A stretch of 64,000 nt of DNA from Guillardia theta CCMP2712 (lineage: Eukaryota; Protista; Cryptophyta). The notes under the pieces are model-generated. The model searched no databases, had not been told where the DNA came from, and worked only from the letters and a program-made list of their open reading frames with translations. Below are positions 51,821 through 64,000 of this stretch, in pieces. The stretch spans positions 338,005-402,004 of the forward strand of contig NW_005434650.1 of the NCBI RefSeq assembly GCF_000315625.1. Reading direction: 5' to 3'. Numbering within the stretch: position 1 is the first letter of the stretch; every line of letters starts with the position of its first letter. The translations under genes were made by a program, and so were the position numbers.

Positions 51821-54146
51821 ATGCCGAAGATGCGCTTTCTTCTGCCTATTATACCTCTACTTCATTCTCTAAGTGTCTTTGCGCTGGATATCGCAGGGTA
51901 AGGAATTCGCTGTTCAAGCTAGTGGTCTGATTTGGTTTTGCAAGTGGAGTAAGCTCTAGTTTCATCGAAAGCAGCGAGGGATGGTCAAAAGTGGGGAAGG
52001 ATAGTGGAAGCGTTAAAATCTCACATGCTCCTCTCATGCTCAGCGGAAAGGACGATGGACCAAATAGGTGACGCAATGAACTGAGTTGTCTACGATAGTC
52101 TTTAATCCCCAGCAAAGTTGGTGGTTCGCGGCACCGGCAAGTTTCATCGGCGACAAGTCAAACTTTTACGGGGTAGGTCTTTCCCAATGTGTTGGTGTTA
52201 CATTTCTTAGTCCTGCGTAATTGAACAGGGATCGCTCGAGTACAAGGTTGGATTTTGGGGATACAATGGAGATTTTCAGAGATCTTCTGTGAATGACAAG
52301 TGGGACGTCGTCCTTGTCTCCGACAAGTTGAAGATCGGCCTGCTCGATGTTCTGCCTCCTCTGGCATTCCTGCACCAAGTTCAGGTCTTCCGAATGCTGT
52401 TACAAGATTTCAATCATCCAATCCTGAGCAGATTAACCTGACTGAGAGCTCTGGTTGGCTTCTAGAGAGCTCAAAGAGAGCTCCGACGAAGCAAGAATTC
52501 AAGAATGTGCTTTCCAAGTTGTCCGGGATTTGGTACTTCCCCTCTTCATTTCTTTCTTTTTTTAAGTTCTGATGAGGTTTCTAGGATACGTGGAGGATAT
52601 TATGCAGGAGGAGAAGAGGTGTACCTCATGGGTGTAAAACTGAACAAGAGAGCTGGGGATTCAGGAGATCTCGAAGAGGATAGGAAGAAAAAAGAAGCTC
52701 ATATGGAAGAGCATCCGGATGGGGAGAGGGAAGCGAAGCTAAAGTTCGATTTTGAGGCAATTTGTCTAATTGGTTCCATCGACTGTCTGACATTTCACAG
52801 CTTAAGGGCAGTGAGGGAGTACTTGGCTTCGACTCAAAAACGTTGTATTTCTTGAGCAAGAATACAATGCAACCACGAAGCGTTCCCTTCAGGTGATGTC
52901 AGAAGCTTGTTCCACTGTTGTGTGATATGCTAATACTTTGAAAATCTTTGAAACAGTGACATCACAAGCGTGGATGTCGGAAGTGACGATATCGTACAAA
53001 TCTATGGACCAAACCACAGGGTTGTGATGACCGCTGGGAGATTCACTTCCTATAATGTCAGTCAGGTCAGTACAAAGATACAAGTTACACCAACTTCTGA
53101 TGCCACTTGAATACCATAGCTTGCAAAATTCTTCGAGACAGTGAGGAAGAAGACCGACGAGGTCAAGAAGGTTGTAGAAACCACATGTGACACTTTTCGA
53201 AGCTTATTCATCTCCTCTCAGGGGTCAGATCGCGCAAACGATCGAGGAAAAGATAGTCCAAAGTACGACGGTAGAGGAAGTAAGCAGGAATCATCCACCA
53301 AAAATGTCGAAGGCCAGGAACAGAAGAGAAGACAGACGGCCCCTGACGAACAAGGACAAACGTTTCAAGAGAAACAAGAACGGGAGACGGAAAAGAAGCG
53401 ACCAAAGAAGCAGGCGCAATACGAAGAAGAGCATGAAGATATCGCAACAGAAACTCCCAAACATGAGAGAACATCAAAAATACACAAACACACTGAAAAC
53501 TTGCCAAGAGATAATTTCGATGATGCAAATATCAAGAGGTATGACGACCTCGTTGTTTCAAGACTTTGTGCTAAGAATAGACAGCTTGCAATACCAGTTT
53601 CTGTCTGGAACTGAACGAAAGCGAGTTCTCAAGGTATTCATGCTTTTGTTGTAGTTTCTTGGCGATGAAAATCTCTCAGATGGAGAAGGAGTTGGACATT
53701 AATTCTCGAGCGATCTACAAGCGTCTCGAAGGCGGAGGAGGATTGCTTCTTCTCACGTCCGATGCGCTCATTATCATCCCAGCAGATCCAGGTGACTGGC
53801 AAGGCAAGAACATACTTGACCCGATGACCTGCGAGAGCAGATGGCAAGAAGAAGAACAAGAAGACATCGTTGCACAAGATCACACTTGACAATCTGATCA
53901 GTGTAGAACGAGAGGGGTATGAATGCTGAATGATGCAAAGATGCTCCAGAATGACGTTACACATGAGCAGAAGCTTTGTTGAGATCTATGACAAGCGAAA
54001 GAATGATCCCATTCGGGTCAACATCAAACATTTTCCCTTTCAGGTTTGGAATCGTGGAGGTTGCTCACTCATGTCAACCTTTAACTGGCATGCAGGAACT
54101 CATGGATCTCTTGGACGACATTGCTAAGATCATGAGGCTAGTATGA
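51821..54146 (+). CDS. Putative secreted protein with a laminin domain IV (laminin B)-like module, multi-exon
   Basis: Signal-like MPKMRFLLPIIPLLHSLSVFA; SSFIESSEGW; WWFAAPASFIGDKSNFYG|GSLEY; TKQEFKNVLSKLSG..IRGGYYAGGEEVYLMGVKL. Confidence 0.7.
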
Positions 54147-54266
54147 AGCATTTGATGCTCTCAGGAAGAATACAAACTTTTTTTTCGATCATACTCAAAC
54201 AATCACATAGAGCCAATCTAAAATCATGCGGTTGAAATTGAATAACCATGACAAGGCATGCTGTCA

Positions 54267-55200
54267 TCAACGGTTGCCCAACACCTTTGCGAATCGCCTG
54301 TAGTCCAATACCCCCTTTTGAACCTTGCCAACAACTCAAGTCATTCCAGCACTCACAAGTAGAAGAGGATTCTCACTTCGCATGCCTCTGCGGCCTTCAG
54401 AATCTCATCAACCTCATCGTCCTGTGACGAAAAAAAGTCTTTACAAAGCTCACAACTTCAACAGGGAAAGCTGCTCACAGTCAAAGGCTCCCCGAAGTTC
54501 CTCATTACAGTTCGAAATTCTTGTGTGGAAATGGTTCCGCTTCCATCTCTGTCAAAAGCACGAAAAGACTGCAACAATGCTCATCTCAACGAGTCAAACA
54601 ATTCCTCTGGTAAACTACCTCCAGCAATTCAGCTTCTGTTTCTGGCTGTCGAAAGGGGCGCGCCATGACATTGCCTGGCAGGGGGTCAAGTTCGTACAAG
54701 AGAATAGAGACACAGGCAAAGATTACAAAACGCGTTGAAGTCAATGTTGCCTTCCCCATTTGGGTCGACCTGTTCAAGGAGTTTTATTACATAACAAGAA
54801 CCCTCAACAGGAGGCTGGTTACCTCTCGGAGAAGATTGGTCATCTCATCCTGTGATGGATTCTTCCCAAGTGCGCGGATCAATTGGCCGAGCTCTCTCGT
54901 GTTGATTGTTCCTGTGTCCTGTCAAACAGGCTGAACCCAAAGTCAATTACGCCCACCTTGACCAGGAGGAAGATGTGGATCTGCAAAGCACGAAAAGGCT
55001 TCTCTGATACGCATACAATGTTAGAGTTGAAAAGACAATGCCGCCGCTGCGCTCAGATCAACTTGATCAGAACACTTTCTATCGCCACTTCAGTAACCGA
55101 GATCCATTCTGATGCTACCGCATGGTACATGCCATCTCGTGCAACGCGCTATCTTCCTCCTCTCTCACCTCCACTGCTGCAGTTGTTGCTGCTGCGCCAT
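54267..55200 (-). CDS. Calmodulin-like EF-hand protein, multi-exon
   Basis: Spliced translation: WREAFSCF...GTINTRELGQLIRALGKNPSQDEMTNLLRE|VDPNGEGNIDFNAF...SFRAFDRDGSGTISTQEFRTVMRNFGEPLT|DDEVDEILK...GVLDYRRFAKVL. Confidence 0.85.
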
Positions 55201-56104
55201 GGCGGGACTGGTCTTCAAGGGTGACCTGGTCGGAGAGGCCCTCTGGAGGCTCTCAGTACACCCCTGAAAGTACCGGTACTTGAGGTGGGTGGTGAGACTA
55301 CCGGTGTATTTGAGGGATAGTGAATAGGCTAGCTCATGGTGGGTTGGACTCATTGTGTAAGGTTATGGACCTCTTCGTTCGCATTTGAACGAATCAAAGA
55401 TCCAATTCTGCATCTCTCCATACAATTTGAAAATACAATATATGGTTTGGATGAAAATGTCTCAAATATTGGGATCGAACGGAACTTAAAAATATGTTTA
55501 TTCCTTCCGTGGTACAAACTGTTGTCTGATTTAGCACTTTTTTCTGTTTATTTATAACCGAACAGGTCGCTATTAGTACCACTAGTTTTTAAACCCATAT
55601 AAAAATATTTGTAAAAGGCTGGCTACTTGCGGGAGATGCAGGAGATGCCTGCAGCACTGGACAGGCGAGGGAAGGAGGAGGAGAAGCAGAAGGAGGAGGA
55701 ACAAAGGCTGATGTATGTCATGGTGATGTGAAAGATAGATGTCGATGAAGAGGATGAGACTCTGATAAGAGGTGGTGGATGAGAGAAGCCCGGTAGTTGG
55801 GGATGATTTTCATGTGTTCAGACGTACAGGTAGATTGTCGCCGAGACAAGCGAGAACGACGTGTACGAATCGGTGTTTATGGTATATTTTGCCGACAGAG
55901 GAAACACTCGTACCAACAGCCATTAAAAGACCTTCTGATATTCAAGAAGGACAGGAGGAATAGAACGTTGTATGAAGTGACTGAGGCTCGAGGAGCATTA
56001 ACTATCGCAAGTTGTCTGTCTTGAAATGCTGATTTTTCGTGCAGCTTTATGGCGGTTTACCAGCTCTTCTTTCATGTTTAAACACGTCTAGTGCGCGTCC
56101 GTCA

Positions 56105-59007
56105 ATGCCGAGGTAAGAAAGAATTTATTTTCACGGTTTCAGATGTGAGCGAAATGGCAGGTTCAACATTGACGCCACACTTCAAAGATCTCTCAATACC
56201 TGGTGAGAGCAATGTTCGCTCACCAAATGAATGAAATTTGGTTCTGCAGCCTCTTCCATGCTGCTCATGACGGCTATGATGTTGTCTCCATCATCGAGAA
56301 GGGAGCCGATCCAATGGCATCCGGTACGATTATCTTCCATTCCACTTTACAAGACTGATCGGCGAATACATTGAAGATCTTGATGGCCGTCGTGCTGTAC
56401 ACTATGCTGCCATGAGTGGTCATACTTTGAACGTGATTGCGCTGGCTGCCTACGATGCCGAGATCGATGTTCGCACAAACAACGGAAGGACAGCGCTACA
56501 TGGATCATGTTGGAATGGACACACACAGACAGCGTTACAGGTTTGCCTTCTCGTAACTGACTTCATTGTATTCACGTTCTGTCCAGCTCGTGGAGATGGG
56601 TGCAGATCATGCGATCCGAAGTACAGATGGAGCGACTCCTTTGATGGATGCAGCTCGAAACGGGTACGGAGTTTCTGACGTCTGTTTGCAAGGTTCTTTC
56701 TTAACCGGCTCTGAACTCTGGGCATTTGCAGGCATTGTGAAACTGTTACCGCACTTGTCACGATTGTTGGAGCTGATGTGGGTGTACGGGACGTTTATGG
56801 AAGAACTTCGCTGCACTTTGCGGTGAGGTACCACAACGATGCAGACTGCCGGATGACGGATCAAACAGGCCTTGAACGGTCACTCAGAGATGGTGAAATG
56901 TCTTTGCAATCTCGGTGCAGGTCATTTTTCATTTTGACTGTATGCCATTCAATTTCTGATTCATGACGTGCAGATATTGAATCACAAGACAACGATGGAT
57001 GTCGTCCGTTGCATTTCGCTGCATGGAACGGGTCTGTCAACTTCTCTGTTGACATGTATGTTTATCTATTTTCCTACAGACATCATGATACTGTCCGAAT
57101 GCTGCTAGTGTTGGGAGCCAATGCTGCATGCATGGACTGCAATTGCTCAACACCGCTGCATGATGCTGCGTTGGGAGGCAGAACTTGTGAGCTTTGCATG
57201 ATTATGGTAGTTTGCATGACCATGTCTGACAGGTTCTGCTTCGATTCTACTGGATTTTAAAGCTGACTTAGAAGCGCGGAACAATAGAGGAAGCACTCCT
57301 CTTCTGTCGGCAGCTTCTTCGGGACATGTAGAGACTACGAAACTGCTGTTGGATGCAAAGGCAGATGTCAATGCTGTGAATGACGACAAACGCTCGGCCC
57401 TTCACTTTGCCACTTGGAATTGTCATCCTCGTGCTGTCTTGTTACTGTTGCAGTACGGAGCAGACATGCGACTTGCCGGAGAAGACGGAATCACAGCTTC
57501 AGACGGCATCTGCCACCCGGATTTTGATTGGCCTCCAGATATCCTTCAAGAACTTCATACTCTGCGTCTTCCAAACAGCCCGATGCACACTGCAGCAGGA
57601 ATAGGGGATAGCAAGCGAGTATCTAACTTGGTGAGTATTGGAGTTGATGTCAATTGCCCGAATGACGTCGGAGATACTCCGCTGCACTGGGCTGTTCGCA
57701 ATCGTCGCTTGCACACGAGTACAGTTCTGTTGGAACTTGGCGCAGATGTCATGAAAAGCAACCGTTTTGGTGTTACAGCATGCAAAGAAATGCTAACCTA
57801 CATGGACAACATGCAACAAGAATGCCTAGAAAAGAAAATCCTTGAAATATCCAATCAAAAAGGTTCATTGGTCAAGTTGCATAGGAGAGGGAATGCCGTA
57901 AGTACGAGATAGTTTGCTTGTCATTCCTGAACTTGAATGCAGAAGAGACGGGACCCTTCCCCCGCTTTAGAGCCCCACGCAAGCTCAGTAATCCTCAAGG
58001 AAGGGGGAGCAAAAAGTTCTGCAATTCCTCCAAGGGCTCCAACTCCCACAAAGAAGAGTTCTCTTGCATCGTCATGTGGAATCAAAGCAAACAAGGGCTT
58101 CTCATCGTGTGGTATGAGCTACTCTGCAAAAGCACGGGTAGAACATGCGGAAGGTGAAAGTCTGACAGGTTGAGCAAGAATTGTATTACAAGCGCCAGCT
58201 GCCTTCTGACTTGTTCGGTTCGGCAGGTACATCTACATCTCTCGGACAGATTCCACGAGAGGATGAGGAGAGCGTCTGCGTTCCTGGTGTGCCATGAAAT
58301 ATCAACACTGGGGAACTCACATATTATGGTCAGGGCAACGAGGAAAATCTCACTCGTTTGCACTGAACAATTGTGAGCATATGGTCTCGTTGGATACAGA
58401 TGCCAATATGCCAGAAGTTTCAACCTGTCCTTCCAACCAAACCAGCGATCGCAGGTATATGAACCCACTCTTAATTACAAAGCCCTCACCTATTTGTTCA
58501 GTTCTCCTCCACCTGAGACGCAAAATCCTGGCGACTGTAACCCTGACGATGTGCACAATCTCTCTGCCCTGCCACAAGAATCGCGAGAGACGCATCCCAT
58601 TCGATACGCGTGCATGCAAGTCGATGCCTGGGCCAGTCACATCCCTGGCATGAGGATCTGGCAGTCGTCCAAGGAGCAGAGCTCCAAAATGACTCAGACG
58701 TGGAACAAGCTCTTAGGAATTGTGACGGGTGAAATCATCTCAGGAGACTACAAGGGTTTAGGGAACACCTTACAATCCATCGCCCCCTTCAAGGTGAGGA
58801 TGTCAAGAGCAATGAAAGTGTACCATCGACCTAATATAGGCTCACAGGTTGACCCATGGGTGCAGAAGAAGTACAGGTACTTGGAGGATGGAGTGATCGA
58901 CTGCGCCAACAGGCATGCAGCTGTTCTGTTCCTCCTACTCCTCTGAGCTGCTTCCAGGTGGCGCTCGCGAGCAAGTCTGGTGGCTCGTGTGGGCGGCATG
59001 GCAGTGA
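56105..59007 (+). CDS. Ankyrin-repeat protein with an unrecognised C-terminal region, multi-exon; ends approximate
   Basis: GRTALHGSCWNGH, GATPLMDAARNG, STPLHDAALGG, GSTPLLSAASSGH, RSALHFATWN, GDTPLHWAVRN. Confidence 0.8.
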
Positions 59008-59099
59008 ACATGGTGTCAAACATCTTCCAGAGGAGGAGCCACAAGGGCGGTGCTGTTGTGTCCAAGGATTAGGATGCACATTGTCACACTATGACGTTG

Positions 59100-60519
59100 A
59101 AGCGACACGTGTATAGTATTCGAAACCGGAGGCAAGAAACCAGCTGTATCTTACACACTGATGATTAACCCAATTACAACTTGACAAGCCCATCATGCCA
59201 CCTTCGATCATCGCTCTTACTAAGCAAGAATCGGGTTCCTGCTGTTTACTTCCTCCCTTCACGCAAACTCCACCCGAGATCCTGCCGCTCCCCCGTTCAT
59301 CAGACACGCCCACACGTTACCAGCTGGTTGGAAGCGTCAACTCGCGTCAATCTGCATCATCGTGACTTACGTCTTGCTGTCGGTGCCACTGACTGCGACG
59401 ACATGCTCGCTGATGTCTTGCCAACGGTGGAACGGAGAGAAGAAGCGTTGCTCAAGGCAGTGGTAATCAGACCTGAAGATTCTTGATGAGCCGGTCTGAA
59501 GGATGCGACCAGAAGCAGGGAGTGGGTTCACATCGTCAAGAGGACACTCAAACCCGCTGAACACATGCCCTCCATGCACACTCGCATGCAACACAAGCTC
59601 AAAGTACACTGACGAACCTGCACATCGAGCTGCTCTGGATGGGATCGTTCTCGGCAGGCCCTGTACACAAAAGTCACCGCTGTGAGGGTCCTCCATCACA
59701 CTATTGAGCTCACCTCAGCATAAGCCTTGTCTTCCGCAAAAATTTCCGATCCCTGAGGTGGACGATAGACTGTGCCGGATTGCGGCACTTGGCTCCACTG
59801 GAGAGCTTCTTCTCCCCTTCGCTCTCGCAGCAGCTCTCCCACAAGCCTTTCTGCGTCGACCTGCACCCACTCTCACTCTCGATGCAAACAGGAGGGAGCC
59901 AAGTAACGACCTGCCTGCGACGAGCATCAGCTGCTTGATCCTTCGCTTGTTCCACCTGCGCTCGCATCCAGCAGTCGTTCTTTGCCATGGCAATCACTCG
60001 CTTTTCCAGTACTTTGGTCCTTGCTTCTTGATATCCTTCTTCTCCTTCCTTCAGCCCCCGCATGTCTTCATCTTCGTCAATGTGTGTAGCCTGCAGGGCA
60101 TAGTGCTCGGCCCTTTTTGCCTCCTCCTCGAACTTTCGGTGAGCTGAGAGATACGCCTGACTCTGAGCTTCCAGAGTGGCAACTTGACTTCTGAGAGTGT
60201 TGTTCTCCTCCTCGAGCCTCCCGTTCCTCTCTTTCATCGACCTCAGCTGACCTTTGAGCTGTAATACTTCAACGATCAGCTCCTGAACGTCCAGTCCTCC
60301 ATCCTGCTCAGTCTCTTCCACTTGTTCCGACGGTGCAACAGACTGGTCCGGCTGGGGGAACGAAGGTGGAAGAGTTGGAGGAGGAGCATTCCGAGATGAG
60401 AGTGAGGATGGAGAGGAGGAGGATGGAAGTGGGGGGATGGAAGAGGAGAGGGAGGAGGAGGAGGGCGGGGGAGGGGAGGCGGGGGCGGAGGATCCTCCAT
60501 AGCCATTCGAGAACGCCAT
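59100..60519 (-). CDS. Hypothetical protein with a Pro/Ser-rich N-terminus and coiled coil; 3' end uncertain
   Basis: ORF 59710..60582: ELIVEVLQLKGQLRSMKERNGRLEEENNTLRSQVATLE. Confidence 0.55.
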
Positions 60520-61278
60520 TGCGCAGGTTTGGTGCGGGGGGAAAGGTTCCCTAGAATACTTCCTAGGACCTCTGGTGGTCATGGATTATGACTGTGGTCT
60601 TAGGAGGTAATTGTACAAGGTGCTAAGGCCCTTTGTGTAGCAGCAAATGAACCTGTTCCTAAGACATGTTGCTATCCCTCGTTGGTATCCATGTAGGACC
60701 AACATTGTACTTTAATCCTAGGACTCGGATCCATGTGCTACCTAGGACAAGCTATCTATTGTTTCCCATAGCACTGGTATACGACCGACTAGTAGTAACT
60801 TTCATAGGCCCACTACGACCACCTTCAACCCTACTCCAGCCAATGAGGGGATGCAGTTGATGGTCGGGAAGGGGGTGGGGCAATCGAGTCAGGAGGGGTG
60901 CTTGTCCCTGTAACCTACTCACGAGAAGGGGTAGGGGTGGGAGGGTTGTAGAAAGAGGACTGAAATGCCAAGGCGCTTGTCAGAGCGCTAAGTGGACGAA
61001 CGAGGAGGAGGAGGAGGAGGAGGGACGAAGGAGGATAGCGAGGAGAGATGGAAGTTCGGAGTAGAGCGAGCGAGGGGGAGATGCGAGGAAGAGAACCAGA
61101 TGAGGGTGAACAAAGGAAGATGAGAGGAGGAATGGAGGACCATGGTTACAGTGAACAAAGAAGAGATGAGAGGAGAATTGAAGCAGGGTGAACCAAGGAG
61201 AGACGGAGATAAATGAATGCAGAGGATCCGAAAGCTGTCTATTTACCTATTTACTCTTAGCTCACAGAGAAGCAGTTA

Positions 61279-63261
61279 ATGGCGTCACCGTCAGCCGGGT
61301 CTCTGCCCAGCTATGGCTCCTCTCCACCTCTACTTAACACTTCTGTTCAAGTGAGCGAATCAATGTATCTTGTTTCAGCAATTGAAACAGTAAAGCAGGC
61401 CATGAACATGAATACATATGCTGTATCTCCCACGAATGCTGCTAATAACAACATGATGCAATACAACATTCAACCAAAGTATGCGACTGCTCAGATGTAC
61501 AACAATTTTCAGCAGGTACAGCCTGTACAAACAGTTTCAATGCGAGCAATGCCCTACAACAGCATGCAGGTTTGCCTTTTTGTGGACCTTGTAAGGTTCA
61601 TTTATTGTCTTGACTGTAAATCAGGTTCAACCCATGACCACAGCCGTGATTCAAAATCGAAGTGTTATGGTGATCTTCCATGCCATGCAAAGCTTGAGCT
61701 CATCAACCTGTTTGAATCTACTAGCCAGTTCAAGACAACACTCAACCTAATGTTGTGAATGACCATTGCAAGAATTGTTCTTCGTTGAAAAGTGAGAATG
61801 AGATGTTGATGGAAGAGATTGGGCATCTCCGAGTAAGAACTTGTCAGACACTGCGAACGCATAGTTCTTACTTTCCATGGGCACACAGCGATTGTTGGAT
61901 AATGAGCGGTCGAAATTGCCGATGGAGAAAGTCATAGTGAAGGAGGTGAGAGAGTGATAAGGTTGTTAGTGATACTTATAGCAACTCCTAGATTCCTGTG
62001 GAGAAAGAAGTTATTCGTGAAATTCCAGTTGAAAAAGTCGTCGTCAAGGAGGTAAGGCTGGCGACTTGATCTTGATTTCCTTTGCACATTCTTGTCTTCA
62101 TCACCCCCGCTCCCTCTCGCTGGCTTGTAGAGCTGAAGCTATTTGCAATGTCAGGTTCCCTTCGAAGTGGAGAAGATTGTCACCCGAGATGTGGAGGTCC
62201 TGATCGACAAGATAGTGATCAAAGAAATCATCCAAGAGATTCCAGTCGAAAAAGTCGTACAGAGGGAGGTGCGCAACCCACGACTTTAGGTTTGAAAGCG
62301 CTGAATGAATTGAAGGTGCCGGTTGAAAAGTTCTTTGAGAAAGTGTATGAGAAGCATATCGAAGTCCCAGTGGAGAAGGTGGTAAATGTGGAAGTTCCCG
62401 TCGACAGAATTGTATACAAGGAAAGGGAGTCTCCCCCTCCAGAACGTGAGCATTGAATCTCATCCTTGCTTTGATAGAGCTGACTTATATCACAAGGTCG
62501 AATGGTTGGTATCGGACTGATGCTCGAGCGACTCTCAAACGTTGTTTCTTGTTTAATGCTCCGCAACTCTCTAAGGGTTTCGGCGTCACAGGAATACTAC
62601 ACCTACGTAGAAGAGATCGTCCCTGGCTTTGCGGCAGACCTGAGCGGCCAGATACAAGTGACTGGGATGTTCAGGATGTTGCAGCCCCTCACTCTCCTTG
62701 TCTCAGGTCGGTGACATCGTCTTGTACGTCAACGACATCTCCCTGGAGGGGATGCCCCTCGACGACATCAAGCAGGCAAGCAGAATGATGTCTAGACCTC
62801 CTCAATAACGCCTGGTAACTCCCAGCTCACCGTCGGACCTGAGGGGACGGTGTGCTCCTTGAAGTTAATGCGCGGCGAGGAGTAAGGAGTAGGGCTGGTT
62901 GCCGAAGACTGACTCATGTTTCATTCAGACTGTTTGCTGTCAATCTATTCCGAAGGAGTGCTATGTCGTTGAACCCAAACAACTACGATGCTGCACTAAG
63001 GGTGAGAGAGACGAAGAAGAAAGTATCTGCTTGTGTTGGTTGACCCTAGACACATAGATCACGAGCTTTGAATCGTTTCAAGAGTCTGAGAACAACAGCT
63101 ATCAAGAGAGGGACCATGACCGCAGCAGGTCATCTTCGAATAATACGAACTACAACGGACAAAAAGGTTTTTCTTTGAATGATCCGAGATTTACGTTAAC
63201 CGTGCAGATGATCGCAGAGTACGCATTTCGTTTTGAACCACGTTATGACTTGAACATCTAG
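61279..63261 (+). CDS. VPV/IPVEK-repeat (articulin/epiplasmin-like) protein with a PDZ domain, multi-exon; 3' end approximate
   Basis: IPVEKEVIREIPVEKVVVKE and VPVEKVVNVEVPVDRIVYKE; PDZ VGIGLML...VEEIVPGFAADLSGQIQ|VGDIVLYVND...|LTVGPEGTVCSLKLMRG. Confidence 0.75.
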
Positions 63262-63319
63262 TGCCAACCATTAGCTGCTGCATTTATTGAGTACTGAGAT
63301 AGACTGTATTCATTCTTGT

Positions 63320-64000
63320 TCACTTTTCATTACAAGTTTGGGGTCGGAAGAACGAAACAAGACTAGCAACTATTGCTAGTCTTGAAACCACGATGATTGC
63401 GCCGACTGATATTTGACTCGTCAAAGTATAGCCCAACCATGACACACTTACTTGTACAACTCCCATCAATGCAGGACCAGAGTAGGAGAAGTTGGTCCGG
63501 ACAAACTCGCATCTGGTATGGATATCAGATTTCAAATTTAAAGGCAAGAGGCTCGCTCACGGAGGAATGTACATGATTCGCTGATCTCCGTCGACTCCCA
63601 GCCCAACCCGGTCCCTTTCCAACAAATACTCGATGAAACCGTCTGTGGCACGAAATGAAACACTGCAACAGTCCCTCTTCTCGGTTTACCATAACCTGCT
63701 TGATCGTTCGGAGTGCAAGGCTGGAAGTATAAGATGGAAGCAGTTTCAAGAGTTACAAAGTTGCTCAGCTTCAGGTCACTGTCAGGACAGCTAACGCGCA
63801 AGGAACAGGCTTACATGTGCTATGGGAAATCGTCGCTCAACCACCAAATGAGCAGATATCTCATGACATTGCTGCCCCCCCACGTTGTAGATGTTCAAGT
63901 CACACACGACTTTTCCGCTCTTAAAGAGTGTTGACTGCCATGATGGAATCGACGTTATGATCGGGTAGATACTGCAACAAGCATGTCATGGAACAACTTG
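63320..64000 (-). CDS. Possible 3' end of a membrane-protein gene entering from beyond the window
   Basis: Hydrophobic terminal exon (VSVSWLGY...[20 protein letters not shown]); family not recognised. Confidence 0.3.

Noticed and set aside
62821-62828. CCCAGCTC matching most of the transposon TSD
   Set aside because: An 8-mer at a splice acceptor with no adjacent TIR; expected by chance in 64 kb

Overview
Gene-dense eukaryotic nuclear DNA with many short (~45-60 bp) GT-AG introns. The style suggests a protist, possibly a cryptophyte alga; this is inferred from intron size and gene repertoire and is not proven. Recognisable genes: a Zn2Cys6 factor, DNMT2/TRDMT1, a PP2C phosphatase, a PIP-kinase, TTLL9, a ~15 kb PA14/filamin/IPT-repeat gene, a degenerate metallophosphoesterase, CstF-77, an IQ-like tandem-repeat plus ankyrin protein, a laminin-IV-domain protein, a calmodulin-like protein, an ankyrin protein and a VPV-repeat/PDZ protein. 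The standout is an apparently intact 3,972-bp cut-and-paste DNA transposon at 6448-10419. It has perfect 15-bp terminal inverted repeats (CACGGGGGTGGAACT), a perfect target-site duplication (GCCCAGCTC) and one spliced ~1,164-aa transposase. The transposase is P-element-like but atypical: CxxH instead of DxxH, no THAP domain, two large insertions in the catalytic core, and a 9-bp (or 7-bp) rather than 8-bp TSD. Also notable are recurrent TACCC/GGGTA intergenic islands with strand-skew switches, and two coding tandem arrays sharing an A-rich to G/A-rich to T-rich compositional profile. Ends of multi-exon genes are manual estimates.
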